Below are positions 9,987 to 18,006 of a stretch of 64,000 nucleotides of DNA, piece by piece (the stretch's first letter is position 1; the number at the start of each line of letters is the position of its first letter). The notes under the pieces were generated by a model. That model was not told the origin of the DNA, made no database searches, and saw nothing but the letters and a program-made list of their open reading frames with translations. This stretch comes from Candidatus Latescibacterota bacterium. GTDB taxonomy: Bacteria > Latescibacterota > UBA2968 > SICM01. The DNA lies in the NCBI GenBank assembly GCA_965217865.1, contig CBDCJO010000002.1, positions 3,648,001-3,712,000 on the forward strand, in the 5' to 3' direction. A program made the translations under genes and the position numbers.

Positions 9987-10715
9987 TTACATGCTGAAGC
10001 TGATTCCGAAACCCATCCAGACTTCCCCTTTGTCCCCGCCCGTTCCCACGATGCGTTCATCGGTATAACTGAAGCCTATGGACGGGCTGTAGGTGGCGAC
10101 CCCGTGGCTGATACCCACGGACGCGGAGAGGTTGAAGTCGTTGAAGCCGAACGATTTATTATTATAATTGCTGAATCCGGCGTTGATCCCGATCCCGAGC
10201 GCGGCCGCCTCACCCAGCGGGAATTCGGGACCGATACCCAGGGAGAGATAGGATGCATCGGCCAAGCCGAAGTCGTGGTAAACGGTGACGCTGGGTGCGG
10301 CCGGGCTGTCATTGCTGAGCCCGAAGTAGAACTCTTCCGAATGCTTCCCTCCCTTGGGTGCGTTGGGAAAGGTGTACTGGATGTAGCCGAGAGAGATACC
10401 CACGGCTTTACCCTCCTCACCGAAGCTCCGGTCCACGCTCAGGGTGAAATCGAGCTCATCGGCTGCGTCGAGGCCTTTGCTCCGGTCGGCCGTGGCCAGA
10501 GATGCCCAGGTGTTGAAGGCCAGGCCTGTGTCGCCAAAACCGAAGGTTACCGAAGGCTGGACGGATGGTTTATTTGCCAGGACATATCCCCGCCACCAAT
10601 ACTTAGAAAAGAAATCGAAACCTGCATCCATGGAGACCTTCATCTCCTGGGCCCCGGCTCGGCTTACGAACGAGAAGACCAGAATGACTAAAATCGCTCG
10701 AGAAATCTTTGACAT
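9987..10715 (-). CDS. Putative outer-membrane beta-barrel, TorF/TIGR02001-like (paralog 1)
   Basis: Signal peptide, SKYWWRG, PSVQP, ELDFT, GYIQYTFP, C-terminal amphipathic strand; upstream of glnK-amtB, the typical context for this family. Confidence 0.75.
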   Translation of the reverse strand: MSKISRAILVILVFSFVSRAGAQEMKVSMDAGFDFFSKYWWRGYVLANKPSVQPSVTFGFGDTGLAFNTWASLATADRSKGLDAADELDFTLSVDRSFGEEGKAVGISLGYIQYTFPNAPKGGKHSEEFYFGLSNDSPAAPSVTVYHDFGLADASYLSLGIGPEFPLGEAAALGIGINAGFSNYNNKSFGFNDFNLSASVGISHGVATYSPSIGFSYTDERIVGTGGDKGEVWMGFGISFSM

Positions 10716-10792
10716 GGAACCTCCTTCTGTTGGGTTAGACTACTACCTGTGGACATTCATTAACTTCGGACACCCTATATATAAGAAATCTA

Positions 10793-10853
10793 TGTTTCGT
10801 CCGTGTTTCAGGTTGGTTAAAAAAAGATTAACGGATTGTTAATTTTATGTAAC
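10793..10853 (-). promoter_or_regulatory. Six 11-bp-phased hexamers (OmpR/PhoB/GlnR-type operator array), copy 1
   Basis: GTTACA-n5-TTAACA-n5-TTAATC-n5-TTAACC-n5-GAAACA-n5-GAAACA, followed by a TATATA tract. Confidence 0.75.
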
Positions 10854-10997
10854 ATCCCGGAGGCGAACAGGCTGTAAAATGCCTCGGAACTCGGAATAAC
10901 CGGTTGATTATTAATAATATGATTCGAAATTTGGCCCAGAGATTTCGGCGTTTTGGCAATTCAGATTAAACAGGAGCGCCTTTGGATGGGATTATGA

Positions 10998-11744
10998 TTA
11001 TATACTGAAGAAGATCCCGAAACCCACCCACACCTCCTCCTTGTCCGCACCCGTTCCGACGATATTCTCATCTGTTACACTGAAACCGATGGACGGGCTG
11101 AAGGTGGCGACTCCCCGGGTGATGCCCACGGACGCAGAGACATTGAAGTCGTTGAAGCCGAACGGTTGATTATTATAATTGCTGAATCCCACGTTGACCC
11201 CGATCCCGAGGGCGGCCGCCTCTCCCAGCGGAAATTCGGGACCGATACCCAGGGAGAGATAGGATGCGTCGGCCAGGCCGAAGTCGTGGTAAACAGTGAC
11301 GCTGGGGGAAACCGGGCTGTCGATGCTGAGCCCGATGTAGAACTCCTCCGAGTGCTTCGCTCCCTTGGGTGCATTGGGAAAGGTGTACTGTATGTAACCA
11401 TAGGAGATGCCCACAACTCCGAAGCTCCGATCCAGGCTCAGGGTGAAATCGAGCTCATCGGACGCGTCAAGTCCTTTTTTCCGGTCGGCAGTGGCCATAG
11501 AGGCCCAGATATTGAAAGCCAATCCAGTACCGCCGAACCCGAGGGTTAGCGAAGGCTGGAGCGTGGGTTTATTCGCTAGAACAAATCCTCTCCACCAATA
11601 TTGAGAGTAGAAATCGGTACCCGCATCGAAGGAGACTATCATCCCCTGAGCGTTTGCCTTGCTCGTAAAAGAAACGGCAAGGATGACGAGAATCGCCCGA
11701 ATCATGGACATAGAACCTCCGCCGATTTGGGATTGGACAACCAC
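10998..11744 (-). CDS. Putative outer-membrane beta-barrel, TorF/TIGR02001-like (paralog 2)
   Basis: Tandem duplicate of 9987-10715 with long identical stretches (YHDFGLADASYLSLGIGPEFPLGEAAALGIG). Start probably near 11705-11711. Confidence 0.75.
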   Translation of the reverse strand: MVVQSQIGGGSMSMIRAILVILAVSFTSKANAQGMIVSFDAGTDFYSQYWWRGFVLANKPTLQPSLTLGFGGTGLAFNIWASMATADRKKGLDASDELDFTLSLDRSFGVVGISYGYIQYTFPNAPKGAKHSEEFYIGLSIDSPVSPSVTVYHDFGLADASYLSLGIGPEFPLGEAAALGIGVNVGFSNYNNQPFGFNDFNVSASVGITRGVATFSPSIGFSVTDENIVGTGADKEEVWVGFGIFFSI

Positions 11745-11791
11745 ATGATGGACAATTTATACCCGATTACACTATATATATAATGAATCGA

Positions 11792-11852
11792 TGTTTCATC
11801 CATGTTTCGGCAGGGTTAAATAATGATTAACGGATTGTTAACTTTGTGTAAC
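11792..11852 (-). promoter_or_regulatory. Six 11-bp-phased hexamers, copy 2
   Basis: The same six hexamers as 10793-10853; four of the five spacers have diverged. Confidence 0.75.
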
Positions 11853-12066
11853 ACAGCGGGCGTGATTAGCGATTATTTAAAATTCCGGGTAATTGGCATA
11901 ACTCAAATAATAATAATAAGATTTATCCGATCTCTTCGAAAGAAGCCTTGACACAACCCTAATATAGACGAAAAAAAAGTCGCAAAAAAAATGAAAGCCT
12001 ATAACTAATTATCTTTTAATAAGAAAACATGGTCATTCAAAAATTGAAACGGGAATCCAGTCTGGC

Positions 12067-12082
12067 TGGCAGGGTTCCTGCT
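12067..12082 (+). promoter_or_regulatory. Candidate sigma54 promoter
   Basis: TGGCAGGGTTCCTGCT has GG-N10-GC spacing and lies in an AT-rich intergenic region. Confidence 0.4.
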
Positions 12083-12241
12083 CTATCTATAAACGAGGAA
12101 AAAGAAGATCCCGGGATTTATCAGGCTACGCCGCAATGTCGATGAATTTGATAGGAAAAAAAATTTTCAATTCGTGATCGGGGTCACGACCTTTTTTTCG
12201 TTTGTTGTCGATATTAATAACAAGTTAGTAATAAGTAGTAA

Positions 12242-12445
12242 AGCGGTGAGGGTCTGGACGAACCACCGCTCCTAATTTCGCATCGTGCAGCACCTCAAGA
12301 CGGAGGACATTGATTGTCCATTGCGAACGTTTTGCGGATCGGATGAGATGCAGATCAGAACGCCGAAGAAAGTGCCAAGCTGGGACAAAGGCGTTCTCCG
12401 TTAGGTTTTATTTGAGGGTTTCACGATGTCGAAAGGAGGCGGACC
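12242..12445 (+). ncRNA. Candidate structured 5' leader RNA occluding the RBS
   Basis: Nested complementary segments TTTCGCATCGTG/CACGATGTCGAAA, CCTCAA/TTGAGG, ACGG/CCGT, GGACA/TGTCC, AGAACGCC/GGCGTTCT, plus the 5' hairpin AGCGGTG/CACCGCT. Confidence 0.5.
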
Positions 12446-12871
12446 ATGCTTCGCATCCAAAATCATATCGGGCATGCATTAGGGTTCTTGATCACGGCAC
12501 TCGTTGTGTTGGGCTGTGGAACACCCTATCCTCAGCAGCCAGAACCCACCTTGACCGCCAATACGCTTATCGGTCAATGGGTTCATACGCAGGATGATAT
12601 CGTAGATGAGGTCTGGTTCGAGGCGGGAGGTAAGTTTTCCCGATCGTTCGTCCAGAAGGACTACCGCAATTTCTGGTCGGGCACTTTCGACCAGTATAAG
12701 CAAACCCTTAAAATCTATCTTAAAATGCATGAGAACGATAATGGGAGCACCGAAATCGTGCCCCCGAGTATCATTCTGGTCTCCTACGATGTTGCGAGTC
12801 TGGACAAGCTTCGGATTCAAAATGTTTTGTATACGAGGCGGGAAAGCGAAACTCAGGATGTCGCCCCCTGA
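12446..12871 (+). CDS. Hypothetical lipoprotein (small beta-rich, lipocalin-like)
   Basis: Strong AAGGAGG RBS, lipobox VLGC, LIGQW motif; similar to 15048-15545. Confidence 0.75.
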   Translation: MLRIQNHIGHALGFLITALVVLGCGTPYPQQPEPTLTANTLIGQWVHTQDDIVDEVWFEAGGKFSRSFVQKDYRNFWSGTFDQYKQTLKIYLKMHENDNGSTEIVPPSIILVSYDVASLDKLRIQNVLYTRRESETQDVAP

Positions 12872-12979
12872 GCTTCGCACATAATCCATCAACGTCCTGA
12901 TTACGATATGAACAAAGCAAATTTTCCTTAACGCATCCTCGCTCGGTCTTCATAAATCCAGGTTGGTTGGAGCAAATGG

Positions 12980-13011
12980 AAAGGCCCCGGAGAGAATTTC
13001 CGGGGCCTTTT
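12980..13011 (+). terminator. Intrinsic terminator
   Basis: AAAGGCCCCGGA...TCCGGGGCCTTTT. Confidence 0.8.
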
Positions 13012-13324
13012 CCGTTCTTCCCAATTGCCAGTTTTTATTCTACTTGACTTCTGTTATATCCTCGTCTAAATTATTATAGTTGCGTGTAACAGATTTAGAT
13101 TTGAATTTAACACCGCTTCCCTGCGAAGGATGTCCTGACGCAAGCTAAACGTCAGCTTGTTTGCTCCGAATTTCTCCCCCAAGTTCCCCCTTTCGTTTGC
13201 TCGCAACGAAAAAAAAAGACCACGTCGCTCCCAGAAGCAATGTCTGGATCTGAGAATAGAAAGATCCTTCGACTCGCGGCAAAAACCGCCGCGGAGTTTA
13301 TCCTGAGCCTGTCGGAGTTGAGCC

Positions 13325-14275
13325 ATGAGCTTCGATTGGGCCGTTCTCGCGCTAATCGGCGCGATTGTATTTTCCTGTGTCCAGATTTTTATGACCTATC
13401 GGAGGCAAGTGATGCTCATCCAGCCGGCAGTCGAACAGCTTGAGACCAGCCGGGAAAATATCGAAACCCAGATCGAAGAGAGCGATCAAAACACAGAAGA
13501 GATCCACGGGATAATCGCCGAACTGGAAAAGGAGCTGGTCGACCTGGACGAAACCCGCGTTCAGCTCCAGGAGAAATTATCCGAACACGAGATGATTGAG
13601 GTTCCTTCGGGAGAATTCAAAATGGGGGATGATGAGGCAGGCTCGGATGAATATCCCATGCATACGGTTCTTCTCAACGCATTCTTGGTCGACAAGTATC
13701 CCATTTCGAACGCGCAATATAAAATGTTCGTCGATATCACCGCACACCGGCCACCTCCTCACTGGACGAGCGGGACCTACGCGATCAATAAGGCAGACCA
13801 ACCCGTCGCCAATGTCTCCTGGCATGACGCACAGGCTTATGCGCTATGGGTGAATAAAAGACTTCCCACAGAGGCTGAATGGGAAAAGGCAGCCCGGGGC
13901 CAGAAGGGTCAGACTTATCCCTGGGGGGATGCCTTCCGAAAAGACAACGTCAATTGCAATAACGAATACGATGGGGCCACCGAAGTCGGTCAATTCCCGG
14001 GTGGGGCAAGTCCTTACGGTGTGATGGACATGTGCGGGAATGTAAGCGAGTGGGTGGAGGATTGGTACTTCGACGACTTCTACAAAGACTCGCCGATCGA
14101 CAACCCGCCTGGACCGGCCGGCGGTCAATACCGGGTGATGCGCGGCGGTTTTTTTGGCGAAAACAAGGCCGGGGTCCGTTGCTCGAGCCGTCACTATTCC
14201 CCCCCGGCGTCCATGCAGGAGCACGTTGGTTTCCGGTGTGCAAAATCCCGGAAAAATTATGATGCAGCCCAGTAG
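13325..14275 (+). CDS. Membrane-anchored coiled-coil protein with FGE-sulfatase (SUMF1/EgtB/PvdO) domain
   Basis: N-terminal TM and coiled coil, then PVANVSWHDA, RLPTEAEWEKAARG, DMCGNVSEW, GFRC. Confidence 0.92.
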   Translation: MSFDWAVLALIGAIVFSCVQIFMTYRRQVMLIQPAVEQLETSRENIETQIEESDQNTEEIHGIIAELEKELVDLDETRVQLQEKLSEHEMIEVPSGEFKMGDDEAGSDEYPMHTVLLNAFLVDKYPISNAQYKMFVDITAHRPPPHWTSGTYAINKADQPVANVSWHDAQAYALWVNKRLPTEAEWEKAARGQKGQTYPWGDAFRKDNVNCNNEYDGATEVGQFPGGASPYGVMDMCGNVSEWVEDWYFDDFYKDSPIDNPPGPAGGQYRVMRGGFFGENKAGVRCSSRHYSPPASMQEHVGFRCAKSRKNYDAAQ

Positions 14276-14374
14276 AGTTGAACCGTAATCAACACGGTTC
14301 ACCATAACATGCGTCCTGATCGGGAGATCACCGATGGACGCCCGCAAAGAAGAAAGTTGGGGGAATTGTGAAAA

Positions 14375-14406
14375 AGCCGCATTGAATAGGTGCGGCTCTT
14401 TGTTTT
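14375..14406 (+). terminator. Intrinsic terminator
   Basis: AGCCGCATT...GGTGCGGCT followed by a T-rich tail. Confidence 0.65.
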
Positions 14407-14485
14407 AGGAGAATTTCTATGCTCATTCGAGAAATTTGCTCTTGAAAACGTCGCGCATCTTGATTAACGAAATCTGTCAAGTCAT

Positions 14486-14982
14486 ATGAAATATCTCTAC
14501 CTTATGAGGCACGCAAAATCTTCCTGGATGGATGATTCATTGTCCGATCTTGAAAGCCTTTGAACAAGAGAGGCAAGAAGGACGCACCCAAAATGGCGAA
14601 GGTGCTTAGCGAATTCGACCACCTACCCGAACTCATTCTGACATCTCATGCCGTCCGGGCTGCAACAACGGCCGGTTATATTAAAGGCTCGGATGCCTTT
14701 GCAGAAACGCCCTGCGTTGAGGAAGAGCCGTTATACGGTGCCGGATCAGAAACGATTTTTGATGTGATCAGAACGCAGGACGATCGGTATCAATCCTTGC
14801 TGGTGATTGGTCATAACCCGGGGATGGAAAATCTTGCATCCATGCTTTGTACGGATCACGATGACATCACAATGCCGACAGCGGCCTTGATTCTGCTGCA
14901 CTTTCCTGTGGATCGATGGCGGGATGTGAAGATTAAGACGGGTCAACTAGGGGCGCTGGTCTTTCCGAAAAACCTGGCTTGA
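14486..14982 (+). pseudogene. sixA: SixA-type histidine phosphatase, frameshifted
   Basis: ATG at 14486 gives MKYLYLMRHAKSSW...DLE; one base is missing near 14556 before PLNKRG; IGHNPG occurs downstream. Confidence 0.85.
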
Positions 14983-15047
14983 AGCAATTTGAAAAAACCG
15001 TCAAACCCCTTCGTTGTATTACCATAGGAAATATTATATATTAGTTT

Positions 15048-15545
15048 TTGAAAACCACTGCGATTTCCGTCCAAATTGCTTTAGGTTTCGGCTGTCTATC
15101 GGAGCTTATCCTTCATGGTGAAAATGCGAAAATGACCCGGTCCAAAGTTTCAGTGCACCGATGCCTAATTCTCATAGCATCGGTTTCTCTCCTAGTTTCC
15201 TGTTCCAAGGCCGAGGAACCCGAGCTGGATATCTTCAACCCTCTCGTGGGTTCGTGGTTCCACAATAGGGGGTCGGTTCGAGACGAATTCGAATTTCAAA
15301 AAGAATTTCAATTTCAACGAACTGTTACGCAAGGTGGAGAAGGCCGCCTATACTGGTCTGGATCCTACGATTTTCGGGTGGAACGTTCCATCAGGTTCCT
15401 CATCGGGGAATTAGAGGATGAGAACGGGCTGGTGGAGGTCGCACCTGCTCAGGTCCAGATCTTTCGCCTGAGAATTCTGAATGACGACGCGGTGGAGATC
15501 GGTGGTTTGTTGTATTTGAGAGAAGGGACGGAATTTGAGGTATAG
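15048..15545 (+). CDS. Hypothetical lipoprotein, paralog of 12446-12871
   Basis: Lipobox LVSC; shared LxGxWxH...DE..F...F.R...Q....WSG..D pattern. Likely start is the ATG at 15132. Confidence 0.7.
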   Translation: MKTTAISVQIALGFGCLSELILHGENAKMTRSKVSVHRCLILIASVSLLVSCSKAEEPELDIFNPLVGSWFHNRGSVRDEFEFQKEFQFQRTVTQGGEGRLYWSGSYDFRVERSIRFLIGELEDENGLVEVAPAQVQIFRLRILNDDAVEIGGLLYLREGTEFEV

Positions 15546-15614
15546 GGAGTAATGACGGGGAAAGAAAATCAGTTTTGACAATACTGGGGGATGGACTGCG
15601 TGAGAATTTCCCGA

Positions 15615-15650
15615 AGCCCCGATGAATGATCCGGCGGGGGTTTTTTTATT
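15615..15650 (+). terminator. Possible intrinsic terminator
   Basis: GC-rich imperfect stem followed by T7. Confidence 0.5.
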
Positions 15651-15785
15651 GAAGAAAAATAAAAGATATTGAAGATTGAAGAACCAATATTGGAAAATCC
15701 GTAGGACCTGAAGAAAGTCCTGGGTTGTTCAAAGATTCAAATCCCCGATGTTCAATATCAATGAAGATGTGGTCGTTGACTTACC

Positions 15786-16556
15786 TTAATTGAATTTCGG
15801 GGGCCGTTTTTCAAGGAAGGCTTTTGTACCTTCGATTCGCTCCTCAGCGTCCAGGACCCTGCCGAACGCCTTATTTTCCAATTCCATCCCATCTGAAAGC
15901 GCCCGATCGATTCCGTTGTTTATCGATCCGTTTGCCTGTTTAACGGCTTCGGGGGCGTTGCGGGAAATTCGTGAGGCCAATTCCATGCAAGTCTCCAGCA
16001 GAAGATTTCCTTCGACAACCCTGTTGACCAGGCCCATTGCGCCGGCCTCTTCGGCTGAAATCGGTTGTCCGCTCAGAATCATTTCTTTTGCTTGTCGCGT
16101 TCCCACCGCACGGGCAAGCCGCTGGGTGCCTCCAAAGCCCGGGATTAGTCCAAGGGTCACCTCCGGAAGGCCGAAGGTGGCATCGTCGCTGGCGTATATA
16201 AAATCACACGCCAGTGCCAACTCCAGGCCACCTCCCAAGGCGTATCCGTTGACAGCGGCGATGGTGACGGCGTCCATCTCCTCCAATTGAGAGGCGACTC
16301 GTTTTCCCAGACGACAAAAGTTGAGCATTCCCTCGCGATCAAGGGAACTCATTTCGTGAATGTCGGCGCCCGCAACAAAGGCTTTTTCACCCGATCCGGT
16401 GACCAACAGGACGCGGACTTTTTCCCGGGCTACGAAGTCGGTCAAAAATCCGTCGAGTTCCTCCAGCATTTCGCCATTAATCGCGTTCAGGGATTCTGGT
16501 CTGAATAAGGTCAGTATTCCGACGCGTTCTTTTTTTTCAAACCGGATATTTTTCAT
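15786..16556 (-). CDS. Enoyl-CoA hydratase/crotonase
   Basis: AFVAGADI, AAVNGYALGGGLELALACD, PEVTLGLIPGFGGTQRL. Confidence 0.96.
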   Translation of the reverse strand: MKNIRFEKKERVGILTLFRPESLNAINGEMLEELDGFLTDFVAREKVRVLLVTGSGEKAFVAGADIHEMSSLDREGMLNFCRLGKRVASQLEEMDAVTIAAVNGYALGGGLELALACDFIYASDDATFGLPEVTLGLIPGFGGTQRLARAVGTRQAKEMILSGQPISAEEAGAMGLVNRVVEGNLLLETCMELASRISRNAPEAVKQANGSINNGIDRALSDGMELENKAFGRVLDAEERIEGTKAFLEKRPPKFN

Positions 16557-16632
16557 GTCAATCCTTTTAATTTTGAAGATTGATTAATTGACGATCGGAG
16601 TCGAGCCAAACGGCGTTCTCATCAAACTACCA

Positions 16633-18006
16633 TCATAATTGGACGAAATCGCTGAACGGACCATAGAGATGACGGAAACCGGTTTTCAGGACGGTGTTCA
16701 CATCGTCGGGAGATCCGGCAACGCCGTCTGAAACGAGTTTTTCGGCAATGCTCCTGGAGGCCTTTAAGTATGATTTGGCCAGACGGGCGCCCAGGGTATC
16801 GATAGCAAATAGTCCGGCAAAGTGGTCTTTGAGTTTTCGATCGGCACCCGGATCCTGGGAGAGATCCTTCCATGTCAAATCAACCGGTGTCAAGGATCCG
16901 AGGGCGCGGTCGACATCGTCCCGTGCGCAGGCGTCGAGACCGACGTAATCACCCCCATCCGGTGTGAAAACGCCGACAGGCTCGCGCCCTTTGTATTGAA
17001 AGAATCCGTTTTTTTGAGACCCATCCGGGTTTTGTCCCCCCATCAACTCCTTGGAGATCAATTGTTCGATCAGATCCGCTTCGAACGACTCACCCGGGAT
17101 ATGACCAGCCATTAGCTTCAGGATCGATGAAAACACGTCCAGTCCCACATAGTCCAGGAGTCGGAAGATCCCCATAGGGCGGATCAGGCCTTCCAGGCTG
17201 ACTCTGTTTAATCCATAGATCGATCCGGCAACGCCGAATCGTTCGCTCAACCCGTTGACTTGGCTGAGAGCATAAAGGCTTTCGCGGATAAAATAGCCAT
17301 TCCCGATAAAGCCCGCGATGTCACGCGATGAAACCAGGGTTTTGCCGAACCGCCGGCCGATTTCCCAGGCTATCTCGGCGAGTTTGGGACTCGTATTTCG
17401 GGCGGGAATCAATTCCACCAGTTTCTGGACTAGTGGGGGGTTGTAGAAGTGGAATCCGATGATGCGTCCTCCGAGACCGGCTTCTCGGTCCATGAGTCCG
17501 ATCGGAATCGAAGAGGTGTTGGAAAGGAAGATGGCATCCTTCGGACAGATTTCGTTCAGCCGACGGAGGGTGTCGATCTTCGCCCGTTCGGATTCGGGAA
17601 CGGCCTCGAACACGAGTTGTGAGCGTCGGGCATGATGCAGATCGGTAGTTAAATGAATGATAGAGTGGATGTCTGAAACGAAGGATGTGGCGATCTCCTG
17701 AACACTTTTTAATTCACCCCGTTCCCGGAAAAGGGGCCGGATCGATTCGATCGTCTTCTCCGCCCGTCTGATGGCCTTGGCCTCAATATACGACATGAGA
17801 TCCTTGAGTGCCTTTTGGCGGATGTCGATCAGGTTCAGACGATATGGCCTTCCCCGATTTTCCTTCAGGTTCTTCAGGCGAGCCATTTCCTCTGCGGCTA
17901 AAAGAGAGATTCCGCGTCCCATGACCCCTGCCGCGCCGATTACCGCTACCTCCTCAAATCCTTTGTCCAAGTCTATGGGTTCTCCGATTCTCTTGTTTCC
18001 ATCCAC
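16633..18006 (-). CDS. 3-hydroxyacyl-CoA dehydrogenase family protein
   Basis: VIGAAGVMGRGI, FEAVPE, SNTSSIPI, GFHFYNP, GFIGN. Confidence 0.92.
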   Translation of the reverse strand: MDGNKRIGEPIDLDKGFEEVAVIGAAGVMGRGISLLAAEEMARLKNLKENRGRPYRLNLIDIRQKALKDLMSYIEAKAIRRAEKTIESIRPLFRERGELKSVQEIATSFVSDIHSIIHLTTDLHHARRSQLVFEAVPESERAKIDTLRRLNEICPKDAIFLSNTSSIPIGLMDREAGLGGRIIGFHFYNPPLVQKLVELIPARNTSPKLAEIAWEIGRRFGKTLVSSRDIAGFIGNGYFIRESLYALSQVNGLSERFGVAGSIYGLNRVSLEGLIRPMGIFRLLDYVGLDVFSSILKLMAGHIPGESFEADLIEQLISKELMGGQNPDGSQKNGFFQYKGREPVGVFTPDGGDYVGLDACARDDVDRALGSLTPVDLTWKDLSQDPGADRKLKDHFAGLFAIDTLGARLAKSYLKASRSIAEKLVSDGVAGSPDDVNTVLKTGFRHLYGPFSDFVQL

